Shown: in pieces, positions 1 to 9,456 of the stretch | Layout of the letters: each line of letters opens with the position of its first letter | How positions within the stretch are numbered: position 1 is the stretch's first letter | Source of the DNA: Polyangiales bacterium | GTDB lineage: Bacteria > Myxococcota_A > Polyangia > Polyangiales > Ga0077539 | Length of the DNA: 53,373 bases | Direction of reading: 5' to 3' | NCBI GenBank assembly: GCA_044229975.1 | Contig: JBGARZ010000030.1 | Location: 1 to 53,373, forward strand | Notes under the pieces: model-generated | What the model saw: the letters and a program-made list of their open reading frames with translations, nothing else | Told to the model about the DNA's origin: nothing | Database searches by the model: none | Position numbers and translations under genes: made by a program

Positions 1-136
1 CCTCGGGCACGTGACCGTCCCCCCGCCGCGCGCGGCGGAAGAAGAGACGACGACCGACTGACGACGGGGAGTCCATGCGTCCGTGCATCGTGGCGATTGA
101 GACTCGCCACGTCGAGAACGCGGGCTCGTGCAGCGG

Positions 137-634
137 TTACAGTGCAAGGAGGCCCGCGTTCGCGCGCACGAATGCCTCGGAGTCGCGGAGTACGCGCTCA
201 CGCTCGACGCAGCCACGGGCCAGGGCCTCTCGCACCAGCTTGGCAAAGGACACCTTCTTCTTCGTCGCAGTGGTGAGGCGGCGCTGAACGTGGTGCAGGC
301 GCGCAATCACGGCTTCGGGCAGCGCGATCGGCGAGAGCTGCGCGTACGTGTTGTCGGGGACGCGTTGGGTGCGGGGACGGATGTGCTCCTCGCGTCGCCG
401 AGGACCACGGGGAGGATCAGCGACCGTCCAGGTGATCGACCGAGCCGCATCGAGATCCCGTTCGAGGACGTTGCAGCCCTGCATGAGCAGCTCCCTCGCG
501 GCGAACGTGATGGTCACCCGGGGGAACATCGGCGATCGCATCGCCTCCATGGCCGTCTCGATCGCGTCGGCGAGGCTCGCTGGGATGAGGAAGGGCTGCA
601 CCTTGCGCAGGGATTCGCGCGGGAAGTTCGTCAC
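137..634 (-). CDS. Putative DNA-binding protein with two tandem ribbon-helix-helix-like units (165 aa, GTG start)
   Basis: Internal duplication: VQPFLIPASLADAIE..VTITFAARELLMQGCNVLERDL vs LSPIALPEAVIARLH..VSFAKLVREALARGCVERERVL; strand-helix-helix pattern resembles CopG/RHH. Confidence 0.5.
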   Translation of the reverse strand: MTNFPRESLRKVQPFLIPASLADAIETAMEAMRSPMFPRVTITFAARELLMQGCNVLERDLDAARSITWTVADPPRGPRRREEHIRPRTQRVPDNTYAQLSPIALPEAVIARLHHVQRRLTTATKKKVSFAKLVREALARGCVERERVLRDSEAFVRANAGLLAL

Positions 635-848
635 CCCGAGAAACTATATCTCTTGGGCATCTCGCGGCAAGGAGTCGGCCGTGAAAGGGGCGACGAGGGC
701 TGCTGCGTCGCACTCGGTCCGTGATGGACGGCCGTCGGTTGGCTTGCGCGTCCATCGGTCCGCTTGTGTGTGACTACGACCGGGGATGGTCACAATTCCG
801 TCGCGGCGGCCAAGCCCGCAGGGGGCTCGTCGCCGCCACGAAGATGGG

Positions 849-2405
849 TCACCGAGTAGGCGCCGCCAGAGCCGGCGGCGAGAGCGGACCCCAGCGTTGG
901 TACGCCGGATCGAGCGCATCATGGCTCACGACGACCTGAGGATGGGTGACGGGCGTTGTCCTCGCTGCGCGCGGGGGGATGAGCGGCACTGTCGCCCCCG
1001 CAGAGCCGGCCGCCCCGACCTGGGCTCGCTTGTGCTCGCTGCGTTCGTTGGGATCAGCGGCGGGGTCGGGGCGCGCCTCCGAGATCCACCGCGCGATCGA
1101 CGCCTCGTGCGTGCACGCCCCCATGGGCGACCCCCACCACGCGATGACGACCTCGATGACGGCGCACGTCGACTCCCGCGGCAGCGCCTCGAACCAGCGT
1201 CCCACCCCTTCCGTCAGGACGTCGCGCACCGGCGAACCGTCCACGCCCGTCGTCCCCACCGGCCGGGCCACGGCCGTGGCAAACCACCTGAGGCGATCGG
1301 CGACGTCGACGTAGCTGACCGGGGCGAGTGCGAGGATCAGGTGCGCGTACATCCGGGCGCACGGTCCGTCGCGTCGGGCGAGGGCCACGGTCATCCGCGT
1401 CACGCCCACCTTGAGCAGCTTTTCGGCGGCGTCCGCTCGCATCCTCCGCCACGAGTGATCCCGCCAGACCTCGCCGGCCCGCTCCAACAGGGTGCCCGCC
1501 GGGTCGATGCCAGAGATCGCGATCCGCTCCACGACATGCAATGCACCGAACACTGCCCGGGGACCCTTCCCAGGAACTTCGCCAAGCCATCCAGTGGCAG
1601 CGCCGATCAACTCCGCCCGCCGATCGTTGTCGATGCCGTGGCGCACCAAGGCGGGCGCGATCTCGGACAGCCAGTGGAGGCGGTCGACCGGATCATCGAA
1701 CGCGATGTCGGCGACGTCCCCCAACCAGACGCCGAGACCGTCGCGCTCGCAGCCAGAGTTGAAGCTTTCGCCGGAGCGGGCGCGGGCGAACACCGCCGCG
1801 ATGAGAATGCTCCGCACCTCATCCGTGGGGATCTCCTCCCACGCCACGTCATCGGCCGAGGACTCGGTGTCTTGGAGCGGGTTGGTCGCGCGAAGCCAGG
1901 CGCGGGCAAGGTTGAGGTTGGGTGCGTGGGCCTCCTCCATGGCGCTCTGGACACCATTGGCATCAAGGAGGGCACGGGTCTCGACCTGCGGCGGCGGCGG
2001 TTCGGCCTGGAACGGCGCGCAGGAGGCGACCTGGGCGGGGACCGGGGGCAAGGGATCGTTCGCCGGGACCGGGGGCGCGGCGTAGACGGCTGGACTCCTG
2101 TAGCGGGCCGTCACCCCCCACGTCGGCGGGGTCACCACGGTGGGCGGAATCTCCTTTACAGACGCCGTCGGCTGCAACTCCGCAGCGCCGAGGAACCGCC
2201 GGAAGAACTCGACGCCCAGCAGGACCCCGCGCGCAATCTTCACGGCCCATTCGTGGAGCCACTCCGCCAGGCTGCGGAGGGCCGTTTCGACGAGCGACGG
2301 TACCCTGACGGGACCCGGGCAGGCCGACACCGGCGGATGGACTGCGGGCAGGGGAACCTGACCCTGCGTCCGCAGAATCCAAGTGGGGAAGGTGTGATCA
2401 TCCAT
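849..2405 (-). CDS. Hypothetical protein (~518 aa), Pro-rich linker plus Trp-rich helical domain; paralog of 25701..26951
   Basis: ATG at 2405 with AAGGAG about 10 nt upstream; collinear motifs shared with the 25.7-kb ORF (ARAWLR/VRAWIR, WLGEV/WYGEV, DVADRLRWFA/DLAERLLWFA, SPMGAC/TPMAAC). Confidence 0.7.
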   Translation of the reverse strand: MDDHTFPTWILRTQGQVPLPAVHPPVSACPGPVRVPSLVETALRSLAEWLHEWAVKIARGVLLGVEFFRRFLGAAELQPTASVKEIPPTVVTPPTWGVTARYRSPAVYAAPPVPANDPLPPVPAQVASCAPFQAEPPPPQVETRALLDANGVQSAMEEAHAPNLNLARAWLRATNPLQDTESSADDVAWEEIPTDEVRSILIAAVFARARSGESFNSGCERDGLGVWLGDVADIAFDDPVDRLHWLSEIAPALVRHGIDNDRRAELIGAATGWLGEVPGKGPRAVFGALHVVERIAISGIDPAGTLLERAGEVWRDHSWRRMRADAAEKLLKVGVTRMTVALARRDGPCARMYAHLILALAPVSYVDVADRLRWFATAVARPVGTTGVDGSPVRDVLTEGVGRWFEALPRESTCAVIEVVIAWWGSPMGACTHEASIARWISEARPDPAADPNERSEHKRAQVGAAGSAGATVPLIPPRAARTTPVTHPQVVVSHDALDPAYQRWGPLSPPALAAPTR

Positions 2406-2793
2406 GGTGGAGTGACTCCTTAGGAGAAGAGGGTGACGTTGCTGAGCGATGTGACCAGTCTCCTTTCCAAGACACTCTCGTGGCCCTCCCAACGCGTAGA
2501 CAATTCGCCCCGGAGCCCGAGTTCGCTCCCACTCGTAGGGCGATTATCCGTGTTTTCGGTCTTCGGGACTGCTTCCGAGGGCCGGGAAGGACGGGAAGAA
2601 CCTCTCTGAACCCGCCTTGGGAACGCACCTGGCCTCAAACACCCATGGACGGATCGCGTCGTCGACGGTGGTGCGAGATGCGATTTGTCCGTCAGATCCG
2701 CTGTTTTCTGAGGCGAGTGGCCTCGGTCGGACTGGCCTTCGGCCTTGAGGACTTTGGGCGCACGAATCGCACGAACGGCCTGAGCTCCAGCAA

Positions 2794-3792
2794 TTATCGC
2801 ACGTTCGAGCCCGCCGGGAGGTTCTTCAGAAAGGCTTCGATCGCCTCCAAGACGCTGAGGAGGGGAGGACTTGGGGGGGCGGAGGGCTGGGTGGCGGGCA
2901 CCGGGCTCTGTTGCGGCGTGTTCCTCACACCGGCCAGAGCTGCGAAACCCGAAGCCGGGGCGGCTTTGTCGTTCGATGGTGGTGCTTCCCGCATCGGCGT
3001 CGATGGCACCTCCGCGATCGGGGGTCGTGTGTCGTGGACCGGTGCCGACCTCAGCGTCTCGGCGACAGGCTCTGGTGGAGTCTTCACCTGACTGTTGGCC
3101 GCTTCCGCTGGCGTCAGCGCTCCTGCAGCCAACCTGACAACGTCCGCCTTGCGCTGCCGCCGCTCGTTGGCGAGCCCCTCTCGCACTTCGGCGAGTCCTT
3201 CGCGACCCTTCCGGTGCCGCGTGTCCTGCTGGGTCTCCAGTTCGTTCACACGGATCACCAGGCGTTCGAGCTTCTCCTGCATCGTCTCGAGGAGCTCGTG
3301 GCCACGGAGTGCTTCTTTCAGGTGCTTCTCCCGCTGCACCGCCAGGTCATGCTCTAGCTGGACGTTGGCGGCGTAGGCCTCGCGGAGATGGGTCTGGAGT
3401 TCCTGTACCCGCTCCATGATCCGCTGCGTCCCACGTCTCGCCGCCGACGTGGTCGACGGTCGCCGGGGGTAGTCGCTGGGAACCCGCGGCGGGACCATGA
3501 CGGGTTCGAGTGTCCCGGCCGGCACCTCAACAGCGAAGGAACCACCACGGAGGAAGCATCCGTTCTGGTCGAGGCTCGCCACGCGATAGCGTCCGGGACC
3601 CAGGGTTATCAGAGACGAGCGGAGCTTCGTCGGGGCAACGCGGGCAACGTGCTCGCGTCGGCCACCACGCTGGTGCGTGCCCGCCAGAACCCTGCCAATC
3701 GTCAGCTGGATCGTTCCCGTGGGGAGCGTCGGGAACGTTACGCGATGCGAGCCGCCAGGGGCATCAGACGACGAGACGTCGGGCGCGTTCAT
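2794..3792 (-). CDS. Hypothetical protein with central coiled coil and Pro-rich tail (332 aa)
   Basis: ATG-start ORF; heptad-like E/L/Q/R-rich stretch (IMERVQELQTHLREAYAANVQLEHDL..LERLVIRVNELE). Confidence 0.55.
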   Translation of the reverse strand: MNAPDVSSSDAPGGSHRVTFPTLPTGTIQLTIGRVLAGTHQRGGRREHVARVAPTKLRSSLITLGPGRYRVASLDQNGCFLRGGSFAVEVPAGTLEPVMVPPRVPSDYPRRPSTTSAARRGTQRIMERVQELQTHLREAYAANVQLEHDLAVQREKHLKEALRGHELLETMQEKLERLVIRVNELETQQDTRHRKGREGLAEVREGLANERRQRKADVVRLAAGALTPAEAANSQVKTPPEPVAETLRSAPVHDTRPPIAEVPSTPMREAPPSNDKAAPASGFAALAGVRNTPQQSPVPATQPSAPPSPPLLSVLEAIEAFLKNLPAGSNVR

Positions 3793-4089
3793 GGGGTGGC
3801 CGTCCGGGGTGAGAGAGGCAGTGGATGCCGACGGGACAACGAGAGCTCGCCGAGTGCTGGGGGTTTGGCGCAGGGGTTTGGTTCAAATATGAAGTAGCCC
3901 AGTTTCGCATCCCCATTTGCGAGTCACCCAGCAGATTGAGACTAGAAGCATGGATGTCTGTTGTCACTGGAAAAGACGTGATGACGATCGCATGGGGCCC
4001 GTATGGCTGGCGAGGTTGCGACAAATTGGTCGCGAAATGGGGTCGCAGAGTGGGCGTCGGAGGCTCCCGCTGGGTTCAGCGGGGCGCGC

Positions 4090-4110
4090 GACCCCTGGGG
4101 TTCAGGGGTC
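4090..4110. promoter_or_regulatory. Perfect 8-bp inverted repeat GACCCCTG-N5-CAGGGGTC
   Basis: Read directly: 4090-4097 and 4103-4110, in the gap between divergent genes, just before the 9-bp array. Confidence 0.45.
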
Positions 4111-4132
4111 GGCAGCGAGCCAGCGAATCAAC

Positions 4133-4240
4133 TGTAGCGGCCTTTGCGGGCGCTATTGCCATCGCGGGGGTTACAGCCAGTACGACCGTTACTGCTTCTA
4201 CAGGCATCATGACCGTTACGACAGTTGCGGCCGTTCCGGC
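4133..4240. repeat. Degenerate 9-bp tandem array, 12 units, consensus CGTTACGGC
   Basis: Units in register: tgtagcggc ctttgcggg cgctattgc catcgcggg ggttacagc cagtacgac cgttactgc ttctacagg catcatgac cgttacgac agttgcggc cgttccggc (4-8 of 9 matches each). Confidence 0.6.
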
Positions 4241-4459
4241 CACGGCCCAATGGGATCGACTTGGTAGGACACGATTGGAACGGAGTCGGCAGTCGTTCCG
4301 TGTCGCCCTGGCAAGAAAACTTCCCGTTGAACTCGACGCGCCATCTGTCGGTGATCTAGGGTTGAAAGCGTCCGGGGGAGATCCCTCGGATGACGCATCG
4401 ACCGTAGTGGGCAGTGGCCGGATCGATCGGCGTTTCCACACCCGAAAGTTGAGAGACAC

Positions 4460-5575
4460 ATGCCGCCGTTCAAGGTTTGCGCGATCGTAGTCGTGTCGGC
4501 CGAATCCACACAGTGGCCATCGGACCCGACGGCTGAGCTCGATTTCGACGAGTTCCTCGGGCTCCGCGATGCCCCCAATCGTCCGCCGGTAGCCCGAGCA
4601 CGGATGACCCTCTTCCGCTCTGCGGAGCGCACGGTAGCTATGACCGAGCGTTGGGGATCCTATCCGCCAATCGTCGATATCATCTCTGACAGGTCGGCGC
4701 CTGTACGCGTCGCGAAGCGGTCTCGAAAGCTCACGGGTGAGACCGCGCCTCGGGTGCGGGACATCGCTAGCGCACCGATGTCCACGGCGTCCGGCCGTGC
4801 GGAGGACGAGGAGTTGCTGACGACCCGCGCCGCGGCGCTGTACTGCGGCTACCTCACTGAAGTAGGTATCCGAAAAGCGAAGCACGATGGTCTGCTGGCG
4901 TCCGCCGGGGTCGGGAAGAATCGTTCGCTCCTATGGCGCCGCTCCGATCTCGATGCGCACAATCTCCGTCGGGGATATGTGCCCAGTGACGCTCAGGTCG
5001 TGGGCGCTGGAGTTGTGTGCGAAGGGGATGCCGGAGTTGGGGTTGGTGGTCTTCCAGCAGCGTCCGCGGCGGGCGACTCCGCGCCCTTGCCGGCGGACGT
5101 GAGTCCAAAGGTGACGGCTCCCGTCGTTGAGCCGATCTTGGTTACGGCGTCGGACTCTTCTCTGTCGACCGATGCATCGGACGCGGGACTGGCCTCGGTG
5201 GAAGGGCACTCGCCGACCGTCATGGTCTCTGAATCCGTCGAGATCGTGCTCGATTCCTGCACCCCTCTCGCGGACCAGAGCGACTCGCCGAGCTCCAGCG
5301 GGACGTTGGTGCCCGCCACCCACGATGGCGAACCGTGCACCGCCACGGGCGGCCTGGTCGCTGTGACGACGCCAGCCTGGCGTAGGAGGCCGCTGGCTCC
5401 CGTCCTGCGGGTCGTCCTGCTGTGGGAGGTCTTCGCTGGCGCGTCGGAGCCCGATGTCCCCGCCGCTTCGCCTGAGGTGCCACCTGCGCCGGTGATCCCG
5501 TCGCAGCGGTACAAGACCCGCGTCCCCTACCGTGGTGCCCTGCTCGCGCGGCAGCGGCATCGCGCCTCGGGCTGA
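4460..5575 (+). CDS. Excisionase-like (HTH_17/MerR-type) DNA-binding domain protein with low-complexity tail (371 aa)
   Basis: EELLTTRAAALYCGYLTEVGIRKAKHDGLLASAGVGKNRSLLWRRSDLD fits the excisionase wHTH pattern (LLTxxEAA..L..WRRSDLD). Confidence 0.6.
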   Translation: MPPFKVCAIVVVSAESTQWPSDPTAELDFDEFLGLRDAPNRPPVARARMTLFRSAERTVAMTERWGSYPPIVDIISDRSAPVRVAKRSRKLTGETAPRVRDIASAPMSTASGRAEDEELLTTRAAALYCGYLTEVGIRKAKHDGLLASAGVGKNRSLLWRRSDLDAHNLRRGYVPSDAQVVGAGVVCEGDAGVGVGGLPAASAAGDSAPLPADVSPKVTAPVVEPILVTASDSSLSTDASDAGLASVEGHSPTVMVSESVEIVLDSCTPLADQSDSPSSSGTLVPATHDGEPCTATGGLVAVTTPAWRRRPLAPVLRVVLLWEVFAGASEPDVPAASPEVPPAPVIPSQRYKTRVPYRGALLARQRHRASG

Positions 5576-6275
5576 CCCTCCGGGACTGGTAGCGACGTTC
5601 GGTCGAACCATCTCGTCGCAGGACGGGTCTTAGAACTCCTAAATTTACCTCCGCTCGCCGCACATTTGAGGGCTGCCGCGCGGGGTGACGGTCCCCATGC
5701 TGGGTCCATGTCACGACGGTGGATCGACGACGGGTTGTGGGCGGTGATCGAACCGTTGCTGCCGGTGCACCCGCCGTCCGTGAAGGGCGGCCGGCCACGC
5801 ACCTCGGACCGAGTCGCGCTGATGGGCATCGTGTTCGTGCTGCGCACCGGGATCCCCTGGGAAGATCTGCCGCAGGAGTTGGGCTGCTCGGGCATGACGT
5901 GCTGGAAGCGACTGCGGGACTGGCAGGCGAGCGGGGTCTGGCCGAAGGTGCTGCACGCGCTGCTGACCCGACTGCACAAGGCCCGCAAGATCGATTGGTC
6001 GCGCGCCGTGGTGGACTCCTCGCAGGTGCCCGCTAAAAGGGGGGCGCGCAGACCGGGCCGAACCCCACGGACCGCGGCCGCAAGGGCTCCAAGCACCACC
6101 TGATCGTCGACCGCTGGGGCACCCCGCTCGCGCCGCCATTGCTCACGGCGTCGAACGTGCCCGACGTGGTCACCCTGTTGCGCATGGTCGACCTGATCCG
6201 ACCGATCGGCGGTCGACGCGGGCGCCCGCGCCGACGCCCCGACAAGGTCCACGCCGACAAGGGCTACGTCTGACA

Positions 6276-7869
6276 GTAACAGTTCAGGCGTGTGCCGCAG
6301 CCTCGACGGGCGATCGGCTCTTTGCTGATCGGGTACGAGCAGCCCGATAGGCCTCGATGAGCACCGCGGGTGGTGTCGCGGCGGGACCCGCTCGAGTGCG
6401 CGAGCGCAGCGCCTCGACCACCACGGCCTCGAAGCTCACCCCGAGTTGCTCGCAGGTTCGCGCGACCGTCCGCAGCACCATGTCGCGATACAGGCCGCCC
6501 AACGTGCGGTTCTGTTGGACGCGGCGGCGGTCGATCACGGCGGGGCGCAGCGCCCGCTCGGAGCGGTTGTCCGTGGGCTCCATCTCCCCCGTCCGGTCCC
6601 ACAGGAAGGTCACCCACAGGTCCACCTCGCGATGGATCCGCTTCGCCATGCGCACGCAATCCGGCTGCGTCCACGGTCGATCGGCCAAGGCCAGCAGCTC
6701 CCGCCGTGCCCGCGCTCGGTACTGCAACCACGTCGAGGCCGCCAGCGTGTCGCGCCGTGCATACAGCCCGATCATCCACGACAGGTGATCGCGCAGCGGC
6801 CCCATCATCGCCGTGACCTCGGGCTCGCCCGGGTGCTGCGCCAGCAGGTCGCGCGCGGCGCGTAGCGGGTGCGCCAGGCAGCGCTGGTCGCCCGCGTGGG
6901 CGACATGCCCGAAGCGCTCGGCCTCGTCGCTCACCACGCTCCCCTCGATCCGATCGCCCAGCACCGCCCGCGGCACCAGGGCCGAGCCCGACGGGTCGAT
7001 CCAGTAGACGGTCAGTCGCGGCGTCGTGAACGCCCACAGCACGGCGCGCTCGCCGTCGAACCGCCAGGAGGTCGTGTCCTCGTACACGACGGGCTCGTGG
7101 GTGACCTGCTCGACGATCCACCAGAAGGTGGGCACCAGCGCCGCCGCCGTGCGGTCGAGCATCGCCACGATCTGCCCGCCCGCCACCGGCCACCGCCACA
7201 CCGAGCGCGTGAAGGTCTCCAGGTCCCCGACCGTGGCGCCCATCGAGGCGTGCTGCACGGCGAGCGTCGCGTGCGCCCGCGGGCCGTAGTCCGAGTCGGG
7301 CAGCACGAGGGGCGACGGCGGCTTCACGCGACGTCGGCAATGGGGACACCAGCCGTGATGGAGCACGTGCCGCAGGACGTGCAGCGCCCGCTCGGCGGCC
7401 TCGAACTCGAAGCGCTCGGTGCTACGCGCCGTGGGCTCGACGTCCCCACCGCAGCGCGGGCATGCCGTGACGGCGTGCTCCCGCGTCTCGTCGACGCGCT
7501 CGGGGCGCGTGCGCGCATGGCCCTGGTGGCCGCGTTGGCCGCCGCGCGGTCGGCCCGAGGGGGGCCGCGTCGGCGGAGGCGTCCCGCGGCCCCCGCCGCG
7601 ACCGCCCGAGCCCAGACGGCTCTTGAGGTCCTCGACCTCGCGGGTCAGCGCGAGCACCGCCTGCCGAAGCGCCGCGTTCTCTTCGCGCAGGGCCGCGTTC
7701 TCCTCGCGCAGTCGCGCGTTCTCGGCACGGGCGTCCGCGAGCTCCGATTCCAGCGTGGCGACGCGAGCAACCAGCTCGCGGATGGGCGAGAGGGGATCCA
7801 CGGCGACGAGGAACACCTGGTTCCCCGCCCCGCGGCGTCAAGTCACGCGGACCGGGGCTGAACTGTTAC
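6276..7869 (-). mobile_element. IS66-family single-ORF insertion sequence (ISBst12-like)
   Basis: 12-bp TIRs GTAACAGTTCAG (6276-6287) / CTGAACTGTTAC (7858-7869) with the IS66 GTAA terminus; duplicated TACGTCT at 6265-6271 and 7870-7876. Confidence 0.88.
6284..7816 (-). CDS. IS66-family transposase (510 aa)
   Basis: N-terminal leucine zipper, GGQRGHQGH, CPRCGG and CPHC zinc-finger motifs, EDTTSW, QRCLAH, PTDNRSERALRPAV; stop codon lies inside the TIR. Confidence 0.9.
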   Translation of the reverse strand: MFLVAVDPLSPIRELVARVATLESELADARAENARLREENAALREENAALRQAVLALTREVEDLKSRLGSGGRGGGRGTPPPTRPPSGRPRGGQRGHQGHARTRPERVDETREHAVTACPRCGGDVEPTARSTERFEFEAAERALHVLRHVLHHGWCPHCRRRVKPPSPLVLPDSDYGPRAHATLAVQHASMGATVGDLETFTRSVWRWPVAGGQIVAMLDRTAAALVPTFWWIVEQVTHEPVVYEDTTSWRFDGERAVLWAFTTPRLTVYWIDPSGSALVPRAVLGDRIEGSVVSDEAERFGHVAHAGDQRCLAHPLRAARDLLAQHPGEPEVTAMMGPLRDHLSWMIGLYARRDTLAASTWLQYRARARRELLALADRPWTQPDCVRMAKRIHREVDLWVTFLWDRTGEMEPTDNRSERALRPAVIDRRRVQQNRTLGGLYRDMVLRTVARTCEQLGVSFEAVVVEALRSRTRAGPAATPPAVLIEAYRAARTRSAKSRSPVEAAAHA

Positions 7870-8162
7870 TACGTCTCCCGCGCCAACCGCCGTGGCCTCC
7901 GTCAGCGCGGCATCCAACCGCGCATCGCTCGCAAGGGCATCGAGAGTTCCGAACGCCTCGGCCGATACCGCTGGGTCGTCGAGCGCACCAACGCGTGGCT
8001 GCATCGCTTTCGACGGCTGCTCATCCGCTACGAGCGACGCGCCGACATCCACGAGGCCTTCCTCACCCTCGCGGCCATCCTCATCTGCTGGCGGCGGCTG
8101 CGACGAAGAAAGGGGTAAATTTAGGAGTTCTTAGCGACGCGTCTGGTCGCCAGCGGCGGCGA

Positions 8163-8615
8163 TCATCGCTTCGTCGGATCCCTGTCCACCTCGGAGGGTA
8201 GGGCGCGGTCTTTCGAAGAGGTGTTCGAACTGGCGGGGGACAGCTCGTCCTCCAGAGCCTCTGAGACAGGGCCGGAAGCTCTGGCGTCTGCGGTCGTCGG
8301 CTCGGCTGGGGGCATGTTGCGGGGGCGTCCCACCCGGCGTCGAGCGATTGGCGTCGCAGGCAGGAAGAGTTCAGCGGGCGCGATGCCGAACCCGTCGCAG
8401 AGCTGCGCCAGGGCGCTCGCGGTGAAGTTCGCGTTGCCGGACTCCAGCAGGTGCAGTTGGTAGATGCTCATGCCGCCGCACCGGGGCGCGCACTCCCCCT
8501 GGGTCCAACCTCGCTCGGCACGGAGGCGCCGGACGTTGGATGCCACCGTGTCGAGGATGGAGCGGTGGGTCGGGCCGGTGTAGCGGCCCGCTCCCCCGGC
8601 GGGAGGTCGTGCCAT
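8163..8615 (-). CDS. XRE/Cro-C1 HTH transcriptional regulator (150 aa)
   Basis: NVRRLRAERGWTQGECA..LESGNANFT..LAQLCDGFG is an HTH_3 pattern, followed by RRRVGRPR. Confidence 0.85.
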   Translation of the reverse strand: MARPPAGGAGRYTGPTHRSILDTVASNVRRLRAERGWTQGECAPRCGGMSIYQLHLLESGNANFTASALAQLCDGFGIAPAELFLPATPIARRRVGRPRNMPPAEPTTADARASGPVSEALEDELSPASSNTSSKDRALPSEVDRDPTKR

Positions 8616-8899
8616 GGGGTCGGCACGCTGAGGTGAAATCAGGCCTTGTGAATATCAACTTCCGTTGGTATTCGTGGCGTGTGTCTCGGTGGGTGCAAGA
8701 AGCGCAAGCGGCAGCCGCAGGCAGCTCAGGGCGGCTGGGAGCGGGCACAGACCTCGTTGATCGCCTCGACGACTGTCTGGTGGCGCCAACTCTTGGCGGC
8801 GACGACACGGGCCTCGTTGCTCACGCGAAGTCTGGGAACCCAAGTTCCAGGACGGGTCGCGGTGATGCGTGCGGTCGCTCCCGAGCGGGAGCCTATGGG

Positions 8900-9346
8900 T
8901 CAGCTCTGTCGCTCCTGCGACGCTGGTGGAGCTTCGCGGATGTCGTCCGCGACGACACTACTAGCCGGGTCAACTTCGCCGCCGGACGGGATGGCCTCGA
9001 CGACGTCGACAGGGGAGCTTCCCACCGCGGGCGGAGTGGCCTTCTTCGGGGGACGTCCCGGGCGACGCGGCGGCAGAGGTACCGCCGGGATCAACAGACT
9101 ACCCAAATCCGCGCCGAGGCCATCCGCCAGACGGGCCAGGGTCGTCCCGGTGGGGTTGGTTCCTTCGCCTTCGATCGTCTGGAAGAAGGCCGTCGTCATC
9201 CCGCACCGGTGGGCCGCCTCTTCCTGGGTCCAGCCGCCCGCGGTTCGCAGGGCCCTGACGTTGGCGGCCAGCCGGGTCAGGAGTTCCCGATAGGTCGTCC
9301 CCGCGTAGTGGTGCGAGCGGCGACTCTTCCCCGACGGCCGCGGCAT
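8900..9346 (-). CDS. XRE/Cro-C1 HTH transcriptional regulator, paralog of 8163..8615 (148 aa)
   Basis: NVRALRTAGGWTQEEAAHRCGM..IEGEGTNPT..LARLADGLG then RRPGRPPKK; ATG 9346 chosen by alignment with the paralog. Confidence 0.85.
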   Translation of the reverse strand: MPRPSGKSRRSHHYAGTTYRELLTRLAANVRALRTAGGWTQEEAAHRCGMTTAFFQTIEGEGTNPTGTTLARLADGLGADLGSLLIPAVPLPPRRPGRPPKKATPPAVGSSPVDVVEAIPSGGEVDPASSVVADDIREAPPASQERQS

Positions 9347-9456
9347 CGGGAGCAGCCCTACCGGCAAGGGCCTCTTGCAAACACTCGGCGTGCCGGGTAT
9401 TCGAAAGCGCACGGGATGGACAGCCGAACGGGGGCCGCGTCGATGCGGAAAAAAGG

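Larger units (their letters stand above)
5708..8118 (+). pseudogene. IS5-family transposase with -1 frameshift site, disrupted by the IS66 insertion
   Basis: OrfA 5708-6103 (WAVIEPLLP..GGRPR..VLRTGIPWEDLP..VDS). A4G6 slippery run at 6035-6044. The -1 frame gives GPNPTDRGRKGSKHHLIVD..ADKGY, and the reading resumes after 7869 with RWVVERTNAWLHRFRRLLIRYER to TAA at 8116-8118. Confidence 0.9.
5633..8130 (+). mobile_element. IS5-family insertion sequence (IS427-like, frameshifted transposase) carrying a nested IS66-family element
   Basis: Perfect 17-bp TIRs GAACTCCTAAATTTACC (5633-5649, 8114-8130) and TTA target duplication (5630-5632, 8131-8133). Confidence 0.93.

Noticed and set aside
6035..6044. 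Frameshift in the IS5 transposase as a sequencing error or novelty
   Set aside because: An A-run/G-run slippery site between orfA and orfB is normal for this IS5 subgroup.
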